64,000 nt of DNA from Amoebidium appalachense (Eukaryota > Protista > Ichthyosporea): positions 10,295,355-10,359,354 of the forward strand of contig CAVNZM010000006.1 in NCBI GenBank assembly GCA_963693365.1, given 5' to 3'. Shown in pieces: positions 1-22,673 of this stretch (position 1 is the stretch's first letter; each line of letters opens with the position of its first letter). Below the pieces are notes generated by a model, which saw only the letters and a program-made list of their open reading frames with translations, ran no database searches and had not been told where the DNA came from. Made by a program: the position numbers and the translations under genes.

Positions 1-330
1 GGGGGGGGGGGGGGTATATCCAACAGGAGGAAAGAAGTGAGTTTCTTTTTGATTTTCCGCGGATGATCGATCTTTAAGACTGGCCCCTTCCCCCCCATAT
101 GCCACCCTCCCCCCATCCTCCCCGGGAGGTATGGGTGCACTCACCTGGTTCCATTCGACTTCCGCCATTCCATTTTCAGTCTGCAACACACACACCCTGC
201 AGTCAGCAAACACCATGTACCCCCACACAAGTATACAGGGTTCTCACAAGACAAAGGTGGGCAGGGCAAAAAGGGAGGAGGGGGAGGCAGGGAGGCTTGC
301 AGGCCCTCTTCGTATGGTAGAATGTAGACG

Positions 331-390
331 GTAGTTTCCCTCAGGGCCTGCAAAGGTCCCCCGGGAACAAAACGTGATAAAATAAAATAA
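331..390 (+). repeat. Dispersed element family copy A (3' end only): hairpin, AAAC(G)TGAT, A-rich tail
   Basis: GTAGTTTCCC..GGGCCT-GCAA-AGGTCC..CCGGGAACAAAACGTGATAAAATAAA matches the 3' ends of the copies at 24668-24736 (GTAGTTCC..CCGGGAACGAAACAGGAT..AAATAAA) and 25066-25120 (minus). Confidence 0.6.
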
Positions 391-2514
391 TTATTAAGAA
401 AAAAGAAAGAAAGAAAGAAAGAAAGAAAGAAAAGAGGCAGGGAGGGAGAGTTGGTTTGAATGTATTTGCAGCTAGGAATCCGCAGGGAACGAGCTAATAT
501 CAGGGACATTTTGAAATGGACCCAACTTCAGCCATAGCTAACCATGTATGCATCCGTGGTGGTGTATGTGAAAAGGGCACGTGCCATCCAAAAGAGAAAA
601 CCAGGTACTATGGGCAATATTGCAGGTAATGTATCAAAGGAATTACATATAAGTGAGAGGGTCATTTTCCTTACATAGGGGTTGTGACATAAAGCTTAGA
701 GCATATGGGACCATGTTTTGCCTTGTCAAGAAAACAAAACAGATCAATTGCTAAGCCCAACCTACTGATCCCTGAGCTCAAACCTAGTGTGGCACACCAG
801 CACCTGAAACCAACTCCAAACATAGGTCGCCCACCTTCGATATAGCTCGGCTGAGGGTCGACACCAGTCGCGCCTTTCTCTTCCATTCGATCACAAACGC
901 CTCCGGCTTCCACTTCTTGTCAGCAATCTGCCAGGACGTCCATTAGGGCGATTTGTTCAAGGACCCGTTGTCATACTTGATTCTGTGTCCTTTGAATTTC
1001 TGATTTATTGGTGTCTCAAGAATATTGCTGGCAGATGAGATCTCGAATGCAATGCAAGTGGGATCATGGGGCATAGTTTGGGATTCGTGTGTGTGGATTG
1101 TTGGGAGGAGGGGGTGGGGGTGGGGGGTGGGGCGGGGAGAGGGTGGTATAAATCTCAATTTTCTCGCGTGAATTTCGTTTGCTGCTCGTCACACACCAGC
1201 GATATCGTACGCATAGCTTTAAACGCCAAACACATCAATTACATCGATGCTTCCACGGGCAGGCATGCCGATCAAAGACCTACTTGGTCAAGTGCATGCA
1301 CATCACACATATTATTCCAGGATTATATCGCTGTTACCAGTCGCGGGTTCGAACTTCCAAGCATACAAGCAAAGGATGATAATATTCTTTGCCTTCCGGG
1401 TCCTCCTCATAATACCATGTTCCTAACGAATCTTAGTTACCTTACCCCTAACCCCTTGTCCACCCACCTTAAAGTCCACCCTCTTGACCGTGACGTCAAA
1501 TTGGTACTGCGTGCCCCTGCGTTCTGACCCGCTGACGTTCAGGAGGCCCCCCTGACTGCCCTTCAGCCCCAGCCCCCCCTGGCTCCCCTTCCCTCCAAGC
1601 ATCGTGCTGGATGTGTGATACGAATACTGGTGATACCTGCTCCCAAATTACTTTCATGCACTAGGCCCAGTGTCCTCACGCATTCAGTTGCAGGCCCGCT
1701 ATTTATCAATGAATAATGGTGCATACGTAGTAATATGTATACGTAGGGTGTTAACTGAGCCAGAAAAAGAAAAGCCTGCAGTTGTAACAGAGTAATTATA
1801 ATGGCACACAAATGTCAGAGTTGAATTTGATCCTGTAAATAACGGATCATGCTCCTGGTGTTACTTATGTGGTGTGTGGTGTGACGTGGTCACGCGCGCA
1901 CAGTTTTATGCAATGTAACAGCAAGATACAAGTATGTGATAGTAAGCCAATAATACCGTTTCAAATGTGTAACTTACCTTATGTGTTTAAACATGGTGCG
2001 TCTAAATCCAATGATCATGGCAAATAAATAGCATATTATTGGCTACTGAATGCATTCCATCCCCATGGATCTGCATACCAATCAATAAAATTCTGTGTTT
2101 GCGCAAACGTAACAGTTGACATCAATGACATGGCCGTCCCCGCACATGCAGTACCAAACAGTTGCCCAGCTGCCTGCCTAATATTACATACACCGGGGCC
2201 GTGGCGGCGTGGCCTCCAGTACCTCTTACCCCGCAGACATCAGTTCTCGAACTTGGTTGCAGAGTTGAGACTCTTGGCGATCGAGAGTTGGCAGCTTGGC
2301 ACCGTGTACCTAGTCTGCAATTTTGACGTTAGCCAGCACATGTGACCGGTACCCCGTTGCCGTCCCCTCGTGTGGGAGACTCAATCGCCTTCAGTGGCCC
2401 CTCACCCCTCACCCCTCACCCGCCCACACACACACACACTGACACACGCCGATGTGGTACCCACACACACACATTATACGCTGACAAACGCACACCGCAT
2501 CCTCGGTACAACCC

Positions 2515-2569
<55 letters not shown>

Positions 2570-2625
2570 GCACACACACACACACTCGCACGCGCGCGCG
2601 CACACACACACACACATGCGCACAC

Positions 2626-2701
<76 letters not shown>

Positions 2702-2702
2702 T

Positions 2703-2755
<53 letters not shown>

Positions 2756-2760
2756 ACACA
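2515..2760. repeat. (CA)n microsatellite; one of many in the window
   Basis: Long, nearly pure CA dinucleotide tract seen directly. Confidence 0.95.
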
Positions 2761-3134
2761 CGTGGCAAAGTTGAAGCCGGGAGCGCTGGCGAAGCACTCT
2801 GAACAGCTTTTCGGCTGACTGTAAGGCGTACATGTTTAGGGCTGAGCATGCACTGCCAGCTGTACCAGTGCTGAGTTCGACTTTCAGCCAGGAGAGTCAA
2901 CGCAGGAGGAGGCGTGTGTGTCTGAACGTGTACATATTTGGGGGGAAAGGCGGGAGTGGCCCGGGATGGGGTGGTGGTGGGGGTGGGGGTGGGGTGGGGG
3001 AGGGGGAAGGCTCAGGGAAGGAGAGGATAGTTTCCTTGAAGCTAAAGGAGCAGATCGTAAACGCATAAATGAATACAAAGCATTGAATGTGTTCGGTTTA
3101 TGACAAACAAGAGGAGTGAAGGAAAGTTGTGTTT

Positions 3135-3480
3135 TTGCCAGAACGTTGTTTTTTTGCCAACCATTTTTGCCACATTAGCACACCACCGATGAATTAAATG
3201 TGGCGCATTGTAGTAACCAATCAGCGTGTTTAAATATTATTGGGAAGTTTCGGTTCGGAGGGAGGTCTGGTACCCCCCACTAGTGGGGCTGTGGCAAACA
3301 CACTAAGGTTGAAAGTCTGCACTAGTAGCTAGGATTCAATTCAAAGGTGTGTCAGCTTAGGTAACGCACCTTTAGCGCTGCCTAGGATGAGGGACCCCGG
3401 CTATTAGTATTAAAGCCCCCCTCCCCCCCCCTCCCCCCCTCCCCCCGGGAGCAAAACAGGGAAATCTAAAAACAAAAAAT
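3135..3480 (+). repeat. Dispersed element family copy C (diverged; 3' hairpin disrupted by poly-C)
   Basis: TTGCCA x3, AACCAAT, TTTAAA, GGAGGGAGGTCTGGT, ACTAGTAGC, GGTGTGTCAGCTTAG, ACGCACC and CCGGGAGCAAAACAGG occur in the same order as the matching motifs in the copies at 24460-24736 and 25062-25385. Confidence 0.6.
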
Positions 3481-3503
3481 ATGTGCTGAAATTAGTCTCG
3501 GGA

Positions 3504-3541
<38 letters not shown>

Positions 3542-3813
3542 AGGGGGGTGGTGAGGAAGGGCCCGGGGGGGTTTGGTGGATCGGAGCCACCTAGACTGTA
3601 GTGGAAAATCCCTTATATTCCAAAAGCCTTGAGCCAAAAAAATAGTGAGCAGTTTGCATTATCAGGTCAATTAGCGGTTGATGATGTTCAAATTACTGAA
3701 AGAAATTCAGGTGAAATTTTCAGCCGTGGGCATGTAAATTGGAGGAGGAGTGAGAGGGGCTGTCCGAGTGTATGATGTCTGCGTGCGTGTGTCTGTGTGT
3801 GTGGTGTGTGTGT

Positions 3814-3844
<31 letters not shown>

Positions 3845-5029
3845 GGGAGGGAGAGATTTGGGTAAATAATGAGGGTTACATGTATCCGTCAGCTGTTGCA
3901 AGGCAGCGCTTTAGCTCTTTGCACAGCATCATAGTAGAGAAGTCAGGGCGGCATAGGGGTCTCAGGCAACAACTCTGCCGGTACCTTCCATGTACCGGTA
4001 CCCAATTCAGTGCGACGGACAGGGGGCAGACAAAACCGGAGAACTGGAGTTGTGAAAGCTGGCTGCAGCCCCCACATGAATACCATGCATCCATGACTGC
4101 AGGTTGCAAGATCTTATGACGGGTCTGTGGCCTCATCATTTGAAAGTCAATGCGGCAAGCATCCTACCCCCCCCCCCCCCCCCCCCCCCCCCTCCTCCTC
4201 CTCCTCTCTCCCGGCCCCGGGACCATTGGTATGTGTTTACAGTGGTCAAGGTGCATGCTTCTGTTTGATTTACACGTGGACTTTATGCCGACACTCCATG
4301 ATCGTGATTAGTGTTGAACGTGGCAAAACCAAAAGCAACGTTTAGAAGTCCAGCATTATCCGGCATCTCAACTCTAATCGGTGTGATTTAAATAAGCTTT
4401 TCTTGCAGCAAGAGGGCAGGTGCGTGTATCATTAGCACACTGGCCATGCTAAAAACAAACAACTTGATCAGTATATACATTGTGGGTACCGTCTATGTAC
4501 ATGTATCGGCGTTGCAAATTGCTCATTTTGATCTGACAGTGTTTCCTTGAGTTCTCCTGCTCTCTACATCCCTGCATAGTATGTGGCATTCCCCTAACAC
4601 TGTGGCTGGTGTTCATTGCGCTCCGTCACGCCTGAAAAAGGGTATGAAAAAAGAAACAGACTATAATTCTTGCCTTCATTCGCACGAGGCTTGTTGCATC
4701 CATTTTCACGCATGCATGTTTCAAATGACGGTACGGTTGTCGTCGTCAAAGATGTCCTCATCTGTAAACTGCACGTGGAATAGTTGTGTCAGTGCATGCA
4801 TTGGGATCAGCAGATGCACACTGGCAGGTCCAAAAGGGAGGCTGGGGGGGGAGAGAGAGAGGGGAGGGAGGGGAGGGGGGGAAAAGGGGGGATTGAGGCG
4901 GAATGCAGCCTAGAGTGTATTTCGCTGATCGTGTTTGGGTTAACATGCGTGTTCAAGGTGCCAAGACCAATGCCTACGGTGTGCTGTGGGTACATATTTA
5001 CAGGAGAGAATGCAGGTGAACCCACTTTG

Positions 5030-6006
5030 TTCACTAGGCCGGATGAGAATCATGTGATAGGGGCTGCAGTGCCAAAAAGGACATAGCAGTAGCAGTGCAA
5101 TGACATTAATGGTTAGTGAGGTACGGTACCTGGTTTGGATTCCTCCCACTGGCTGGGCGCTGGTCAGCCACGTCTGCCCATCGGGTGGCGGTCATGCACG
5201 GGGCAGGTCTGAAGGGCAAGGCCACAGGGGGCATGGCATCACCGTCCAGGTGGCGGCTGCCCGGCCATGTGGGGTCCAGCTGCCTCATGTTGCTGCCGGC
5301 ATAGCGCACATCATCAACACGCATACTGGCACGCCTAAGTAGTGGGGGCATGAGTATCAGTGGGTTGACGATGGTTTGTGACATAGATTGAAAATCCAAG
5401 GGGTTAGGGAAGGGCGCCGGTGGCGGTGGGGGAACGGGAGGGGGAGGCCCCGGGGGAGGGGGGGTGGGGGGGGGGGGGGGGGGAGGATGTATGCAGTAGG
5501 GTGTTGAAGTCGAGTGAAAGCAACATAAAACATGGGTGCAAGGCATTTGTGAAAAACAGACGAGAAAAAGAGAAAAACACGAAAATACGCAGGCAAGAGA
5601 GACTCGACCAGATCCTTTCAACCAATGGCTCCCCTTTTTTCGTCGGGAGGGAGGTGTGTGTCTGTAGGGGGGAGGGATCGGGGGAAGAGGGAGAGAAGGG
5701 TGGGGAGGGGGGAGGGGGGAAGGGCGGGAATATTCTATCTTAGATTATGTGGAGAATGTCGCCTAGAAGAAGGACTCGTGAACAGTGAGGCCATAGTGGT
5801 GATGCTTATGGAAACAGAAGCGTGGAACGGGGTTTGTGTGTGTGTGTGTGTGTGTGTGTGTTGCTTGTGTGGGTGGTTGTGTGTGTGTGTGTGTTTCTCA
5901 AGCTTGTGTGTGTGTGTGTGTGTGTGTTGCTTGTGTGTGTGTGTGTGTTGTGTGTGTCAGAGAGTGTGAGTGTGAGTGTGTGTGGTGTGTGTGAGTGCGT
6001 GTGTGA

Positions 6007-6048
<42 letters not shown>

Positions 6049-6678
6049 GGAAGGGGGGGGGGAGAAGAGGGGGGGGTAGTGGAGGGGGGAGGCGTAAAAG
6101 GAAGCTGAGAGGGTAAGAAGTATGTGGTTGAATGGGCCTGCAAGGTGTGTGTGTTTATGCATTCAGGGGGCAGGGGGGGGGGGGGGGGGGTACTTGAATT
6201 TCAGGCCCCTTGATTTTCCCTCCTTCAGGCGCAGGGAGGCACGGCCAACGTCGGGCAGCATCACATCTTCAAATTGCAGCCCCTGGACGGAATGGGGTGG
6301 ATGAGCACGGGACATGACAACTAGTCAATAGCAACAGGATCTATGTGATTGCGGACCTGGCATTGATCTGGAATGCACATGCCGGTGAAGCTCGTGACAT
6401 ATTTAGCGCAGGCACGATAATTGAGACAGTATGGGAGACTCGTGTACCATAGTACCAACACGACCCAGACCTGAATTTCGATGTTTTTGCTTTTGCTTGC
6501 TCCCCCCCCCCCCTCCCCCCCCCCCCCTACCCCTCCCCTCCCCCCTTCCCCCCTCCTCCCCCTTTTCCACCCCTCCCCCCATCCTTTTCGACCCGTGCTC
6601 ACACGCACACGCTCCCCCCCCCCCCCCCTCTCCCCCCTCCACTCTTCCTTTCCCTCCTCTCCCGAGGCTCCTGGCCTT

Positions 6679-6733
<55 letters not shown>

Positions 6734-7210
6734 AAACACTGATCACACACATACACACACATGCACACCCACCCACTATTCACCCTATCTCTATCCACGA
6801 ACTCACCACCTGAACCCAGTTACATCATGGACGCCAAAACTCTGGCGGCTACAGTTTTCTCTGTGCCATAGCATACCCCCCCCCCCCCCCCCCCCCCCCC
6901 CTCCCCCTCCAGGTACGCATGGCAAAGGGTGGAAGTTTAAGACAGGAAGATATGCACTTTTGGCCTTAGAGTACCGGGGCACCCAACCCACTAATGGGGC
7001 AACCAGTAAATTGTTGTTGTGGTGTGATCAATACAACCCCTTCTCTTTCGACCGACCAGCAAGTGACGTGAGATCCCTCTATCCCGAGTCCCTCCCCCCC
7101 CCCCCCTGCCCCCCCTCCCCCCCCCCCAGCGCCGCCGCCGGATATCCCCCCACTCCCCCTCCCCTTCCGAGCTCTCCCCCTCCCCCCTTCCGCATTCTCC
7201 CCTCCCCCCC

Positions 7211-7241
<31 letters not shown>

Positions 7242-7912
7242 ACACGCCCGGTTTCTTTTGCCCCCTCTCCGCCTCCCCTGCATTTCTAGCCACTTCCTAA
7301 CCTACCACCAGCATCTTGACTACCATTACTCCCCACCCAACTTGTTTTTTTTTTTTCACCGACATAATCCACACAAACCCCACAGCACACTGAGCAAGAC
7401 TTACCAGGTCCAGGTCAGCCTGGGCCACCTTCTCTTCATTTTGTTTGCGGATGCGACAGCACAGGAACACACTGATGCCAATGAGAAGAATGAGACTCGA
7501 GAGCAGACCGGCAATGAGAGGTACGAGCCACGATGGCTGCTGGCCTGTAAGGAGGCAGAAGGGTGAGCATCCATTAGATATGAAACAGCAAAGATGTGCA
7601 TAGTGCACAGTAGACTTTGATGGGTATGGGGGAATGTGATTGTTGCAACTGTGCTGTGGATGAAGTGTATGCTATGCAAGTAATTGCAAGTCAATGCTTG
7701 TATGGCATTACGTCTTCTTGTTGGATAAGAATGTGCCACCCGATGTTTGTGCTTGTATTGCAAAGTTGGATGCTATGTTGTTTGTCTGTATGCCTGTGTA
7801 TGTGTGTGTGTATGTGAGGGGGGTTGGGGGTGGGAAGGGGGGGGGGGGGGGGGGGGGCTCACAGTGCGTGTGTGCGCGCATGTGTGTGTGCGTGTGCGGC
7901 ATGCATGTTCTC

Positions 7913-7969
<57 letters not shown>

Positions 7970-8073
7970 CACAGTGCATTTATATGTGTGTGTTGTGTGT
8001 GTATTGAATGTGTCTGGTACTTGCGCACACACACATGTGTGTGCGTGTGCGTGTGTGTGACACTGTGTCTTTT

Positions 8074-8127
<54 letters not shown>

Positions 8128-9435
8128 GTGTGGATTTTTTTGTGTGTGTGTGTGTGTGGGCGCGTTTATGTGCGCGCACGCCATGATGTGTGTACCTGTG
8201 TGTGCGTGTGCCTACTGGTATCACACTCTGTGTTTAAGGAGCTAATTAGGATTGGGGCCCCGGGGGTGGGGGGTAGAGGTTGGTGGGTGGGTGATTGAAC
8301 GCGGGGTTGGTGGGTGGGTGGGGTGGTGGTGGTGGTGGTGGTGGTGGTGGGGGGGGGGGGGGGGGGGGGGGGTTGTGTAAAGGTGTCTTGGTGGGTGTGA
8401 CCGTTTATTATGTATGTGTTCTGATTGCACAGGCTGAGCTGGGCATCCCGAACACATACACATGTAACATGACCGAATTCAGACATGTACCGTGTTTTCT
8501 CTTTTTGTGTCCAACAAAAGTACATTCAAGGGCATAGCGAGGCACTTACATAATAAGGAATGTATGCAAGTGTGGGCATGGGGGTGGTTGCAACTTGTAC
8601 GTCCGCGTGTGTGTGTGTGTGCGTGTGCGTGTTCGTGTATGTGTGTGGTGGAGTTGGGGAGGGAGGGGAAAGAGAGAAGGGGGGAGGGCGGGAGAAGGGG
8701 GGGGGTAGGAGGGCGGGATAAGTAGCTAGGATAAGGTATTGTTTTGTCCTAATCATAATCGTAAGAAACATGGGCACGGGTAACTGGCTGCTTTCAGGAA
8801 CACATGTGAGTGCACAGATGCTCGTGAATGGCTGTCTTTCACAGTTTTCTTACACAGGGGGACATGTGCATGTGTGCTGAACTATGCTACGGTATCCACT
8901 GCAGTTTAAATCCGAAAAGGTGGCGTATCTTCAATGCTCAGTTTGGGTTATGTAAGAGTATATTCAGAACATTTGTGTGCGGAAAGCTTGTGGATGAGAA
9001 GAACAATAGCAGTGGCAGTAGGGTTTTTATGTGCAATCTTAGATGAAAAGTAATACTGCAGTGCCCCTTCTATTCATGTGGAAAACACTTTCCCGTTCAA
9101 CCGTCGCAAATGTATTCGAACTCGAATCAATCTCCCGGGCGGTTATGAAAACGGTTATAACATTCGTGTGCCCCAAAGGCAGCCGCAACTGGCTCGAGCT
9201 AAACGTAAATGTATTCCGGCACCCAAAACAAAATGCTATTGCTACAGATAAACTTACCGAGCTGCGTCAAGTAGTCAGTGTCGGTGCTGCTTGGCAAACT
9301 GGCTACCGGTGCCCCAGTAACGAGGCCGTCGTTGGAGTCAGTGGTGTTGAGTGGAGGTGCCATCCCCGTAACACCAAGACCAAGGAGGCACTGCAAAGTG
9401 AACATGGAACAAAGAGAAAAATGAACGGAAGCCAT
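5030..9435 (-). CDS. Orphan multi-exon gene, probable type I single-pass membrane protein (internal exons and 3' end uncertain)
   Basis: First exon 9435-9258 reads MASVHFSLCSMFTLQCLLGLGVTG... (signal-like) and ends at GTAAGT. Exon ~7545-7405 reads GQQPSWLVPLIAGLLSSLILLIGISVFLCCRIRKQNEEKVAQADLDL (TM helix, then CC and basic stop-transfer residues), bounded by CAG/GTAAGT. Further exons at ~6282-6193 (GLQFEDVMLPDVGRASLRLKEGKSRG) and ~5335-5130. Confidence 0.5.
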
Positions 9436-10407
9436 TTTTTAGGTTTTTGAGTGGGCTATTCCGCAGCTGTTTCGTTTGCAAACGTCGAAGACAAAGTTTT
9501 ACGAGCGGGTGTGAATGCGAGCGTAGATTCCAGACGGTGCATGGAGTGAAATACTACCGAATGCTGTTTATATACTTGATAGGCCTTGCTGGCTGTGACA
9601 AAACGCGGAAGATGACCTATAACGAATCATATCTAATGAATTCCGTATACGAATACTGATTGGGTGCCTAAAAAGCCAGGATAAAGTTGACCAATCATCT
9701 CCACAGAGGCCCCAGAGGCGCTGTTACGTCAACCGCGCACCGACTAACACCAGCACTGTGGCTAGCTGGGGGCCGGGCCGAACTCCCACGTAGCATTTAT
9801 AATACAATAGTTTTCCTAAAGGCACAGGTAAGTAAATTGGGAAAGGAAAGAAAACTCTGCGTTGGCTTGACTTTGGCTACTTTTTCCTGATGGGACATAT
9901 GTACAGGTACGTATACAAAGGCAAGCCTTGTTGCAGCCCTGAAAACAATCTAATTTCTACTGCTATTTTGATTGGCTACTAATATTTTTAGCTTTGTTTG
10001 GCTTATCTTTTTGATCTTCCACTTTGTGATTGGCCCAATTTTCCGCATGTGCTGGAGATGTCGTTGAAAAGTTGCGTGCCCAGCCTGGCGCGGCAAAGGT
10101 TCGCACTGTTTTTTTAATTTACAAGAGTAACTTGCAGAGCACTGCACGGGGCCTTGATGTGACCCCATTTTGGTTTTGAAGCGAAGCGTTTCAGTGCGTC
10201 GAAACGAAAAAGAAGAAGCCTTGTTTGTCTGAGTTTGTGTTGAATAGAGATCCGCCGATTTGTCCAGGCAGGGTAGCTATTCTGGTGATTGAAAGTGAAC
10301 CTTTACCGAGTAGTGTGAAGCAATGCAAGGTGGATTTGAAGGGGTTAGGTAGCGTTGGATCTAAGGAAGAATCATAACCCTCATTCTGTGGGTGTAAAGG
10401 AGTCACC

Positions 10408-20448
<10,041 letters not shown>

Positions 20449-21588
20449 GCCCGGCTATGGTTGGCGCTGCTGGCGGCAGCATCCGGATTCGTTCCTCCCC
20501 ACGGTGTGTGTGTCGTTTTTTGTAGTTTGGTGAAGTGATTTGGCGTCTTGGAAAACTTGAAGCCAAGACTATGGTCATAGCAAGTACTTTTTATTTGCAC
20601 GAGCAGAAGCTCTTACCCAACTCATATATTTCAGCAGCATGCAAGTTTATTCTGTACATATTTTATCAGTCGTGTTTCTCGGCCTTACTGCGGGCAGTCA
20701 TATACTGCCCTAACTGGTATTGATGAGACAATAGTGTGTGGTAGTAGTGGTTGGAAGATGTGGCCTGGTGCCCAGTCCTAAGTTTGCAGCCGTCCAGACT
20801 CTTAGCTGTCTTAAGGACGCGCAGGTATGTTTTTTTGTAAGCCACGTGCATATAGGTGCCCTTGTCAGATAGTTGCAACGCTCGCAGAAAGCTTCGTAGT
20901 TTTATCAGCACAAGGAGCTCTGACTGCGCTTAATAAATACAAACACCATTGAGGTGCATAGTCATACCAGCACTGGCCCATCATGGCAATTGATCATGGA
21001 CAGGTGCATTGACGCATGGTCATCCATTGCAGTCTGACTCACAGATTGTAAGGGGCGTGTCCCCCGCTGGCGCCCTCCCCCCCTCCCCCCTACTCGCCCC
21101 CCCACCCATGGCCACAGGGCATAAACAACCCCCCACAAACACACACATACCCCCGGCCAGTCCCTACTCGCGCCCCCACCAGGGGCATCTTCTAGGTCAT
21201 ATACTTCAGCTGGCCAATTCTTCCTCAGAGTCAAGCAAATCTCTGAAAGACGATTTGGACCGGCGGGCCATGTACGTCATAGAAAATTGTCAACAAGAGA
21301 AGATTGTCAACAAGAAACAAGTTTCAAGATTCGTCCTTCGGTCGAAAGACACTTTTATTGCAGGTTATATGGTGTTTGACCGAAGCTTTCATGCACGGAC
21401 TTTAAGACAGGAACTTAATGTTTAGCTTGCCTTATGCATACAGAAGAATGGTTGGCATTTTTTTCGAGCTGCCACCAACAGGGTCAATATTTACTGCCGT
21501 CTTCGATTTATAAAATAACAGCTCACTGAGCCCACACAAGTTTACAACCTTCATAATCTTTAATAATAACGAGAGCCCGGGCGTACAA

Positions 21589-22586
21589 TTACACCAGGGT
21601 GGAGGCAGTGGCCGAGTCGTACTTCCAGTTGGGGGGCAGCTGGCCCACCCGCTTGTAGTAGCGAGCAAGACGGTGCACCCTCGACTCGACAAGAATGAGG
21701 CGGAACTTGCCATCCTTGTCCTTGCGGTTTCGCTCCAAGTGCTTGCGAATAGACACGGCCTTCTTGATCAGGCAGTAGAGGTCTTCGGGAATCTCGGGGG
21801 CAAGGCCCTTTGCCTTGAGGATGCGGAGAACCTTGCTGCCTGTCACACGGTTGGCCTTGGCAACACCGTGGCTGTCGCGAAGAATGACACCGATCTGGGA
21901 GGGGGTCAGACCCTTCTTGGCCAGCTTGTAGATCTGGTCCTGGACCTGCGAATGGGAGAAATAAAATCACAACAGGCACACGCACAGCAGCTATATCAAG
22001 GCCTGCAACAAAGGGCAGAAACATCTCGTGAGCTCAGAATGAGCAGTTGCCTACTACAGGAACCATGCCGATTGACTTGAGATCGATGTGCAGAAAACGA
22101 AGAGCAAATCGCTACAACCCAGCATAGACAGAGGTACCACAGTTGATATAGAGCAGCGATTGCTTACTTTTGAAAGAGCAAAAGCTGTGGAGCTAGAGTC
22201 AACCCTATCACGGCCATGCATGCTACCATGCAACGGAAAGTTGATCTAACAAACAGCAACGAGAAACAGAGATGCGAACCCAGGTATTCCGTGATGCTTG
22301 TCGGTGTGACAACGTAGCCAACAAAGGCTCGTTCACTTTTTGACAGCCCTACTGAACTTACAGCTGAACCACGCTGCCACTAACAGGCAGGGGCAGCAAC
22401 CCAATGGGGTGGACAGTTTGCTGCGCACAAAGGCGCCTGTCACGACCCGGTCACAAACACAGTATCGCATTTTAAGTTACCAACACACACCTCGGCACTG
22501 GTCAGCTTCAGCCAACTGGGGACTGAGCGCCTGTAGGGCAGCGCAGAGCGCGCAATGCCCTTGCCTGGGGTATGCATGCGACCCAT
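21589..22586 (-). CDS. RPS13: 40S ribosomal protein S13 (uS15), 2 exons (22586-22491, 21945-21589)
   Basis: [32 protein letters not shown] | [27 protein letters not shown]...[52 protein letters not shown]...[12 protein letters not shown]; 150 aa; GT-AG phase-0 intron. Confidence 0.98.
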
Positions 22587-22662
22587 GTTTGGCTCTCGTT
22601 TCTGTCAGAGACAGCACGTTCAAAAAGTTTTGGGGAAGGAACCCTTCTCATGTGTGAGTGGG

Positions 22663-22673
22663 TTTATATAGGC
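22663..22673 (-). promoter_or_regulatory. TATA box of RPS13 (GCCTATATAAA)
   Basis: Lies ~80 nt upstream of the ATG and ~25-30 nt upstream of a pyrimidine tract (TTCCTTCCCC, TCT/TOP-like). The identical 11-mer occurs at 42670-42680 upstream of another gene. Confidence 0.65.

Noticed and set aside
22025-22215. U14 or other C/D snoRNA in the RPS13 intron
   Set aside because: Box C is imperfect (GTGATAG) and the U14 domain A/B sequences are absent; kept only as a possibility in the RPS13 finding.
22596-22612. Unpaired acceptor (CTGACAG) in the RPS13 5' UTR suggesting trans-splicing
   Set aside because: It is too close to the TATA box and likely start site to leave an outron; there is no other evidence.
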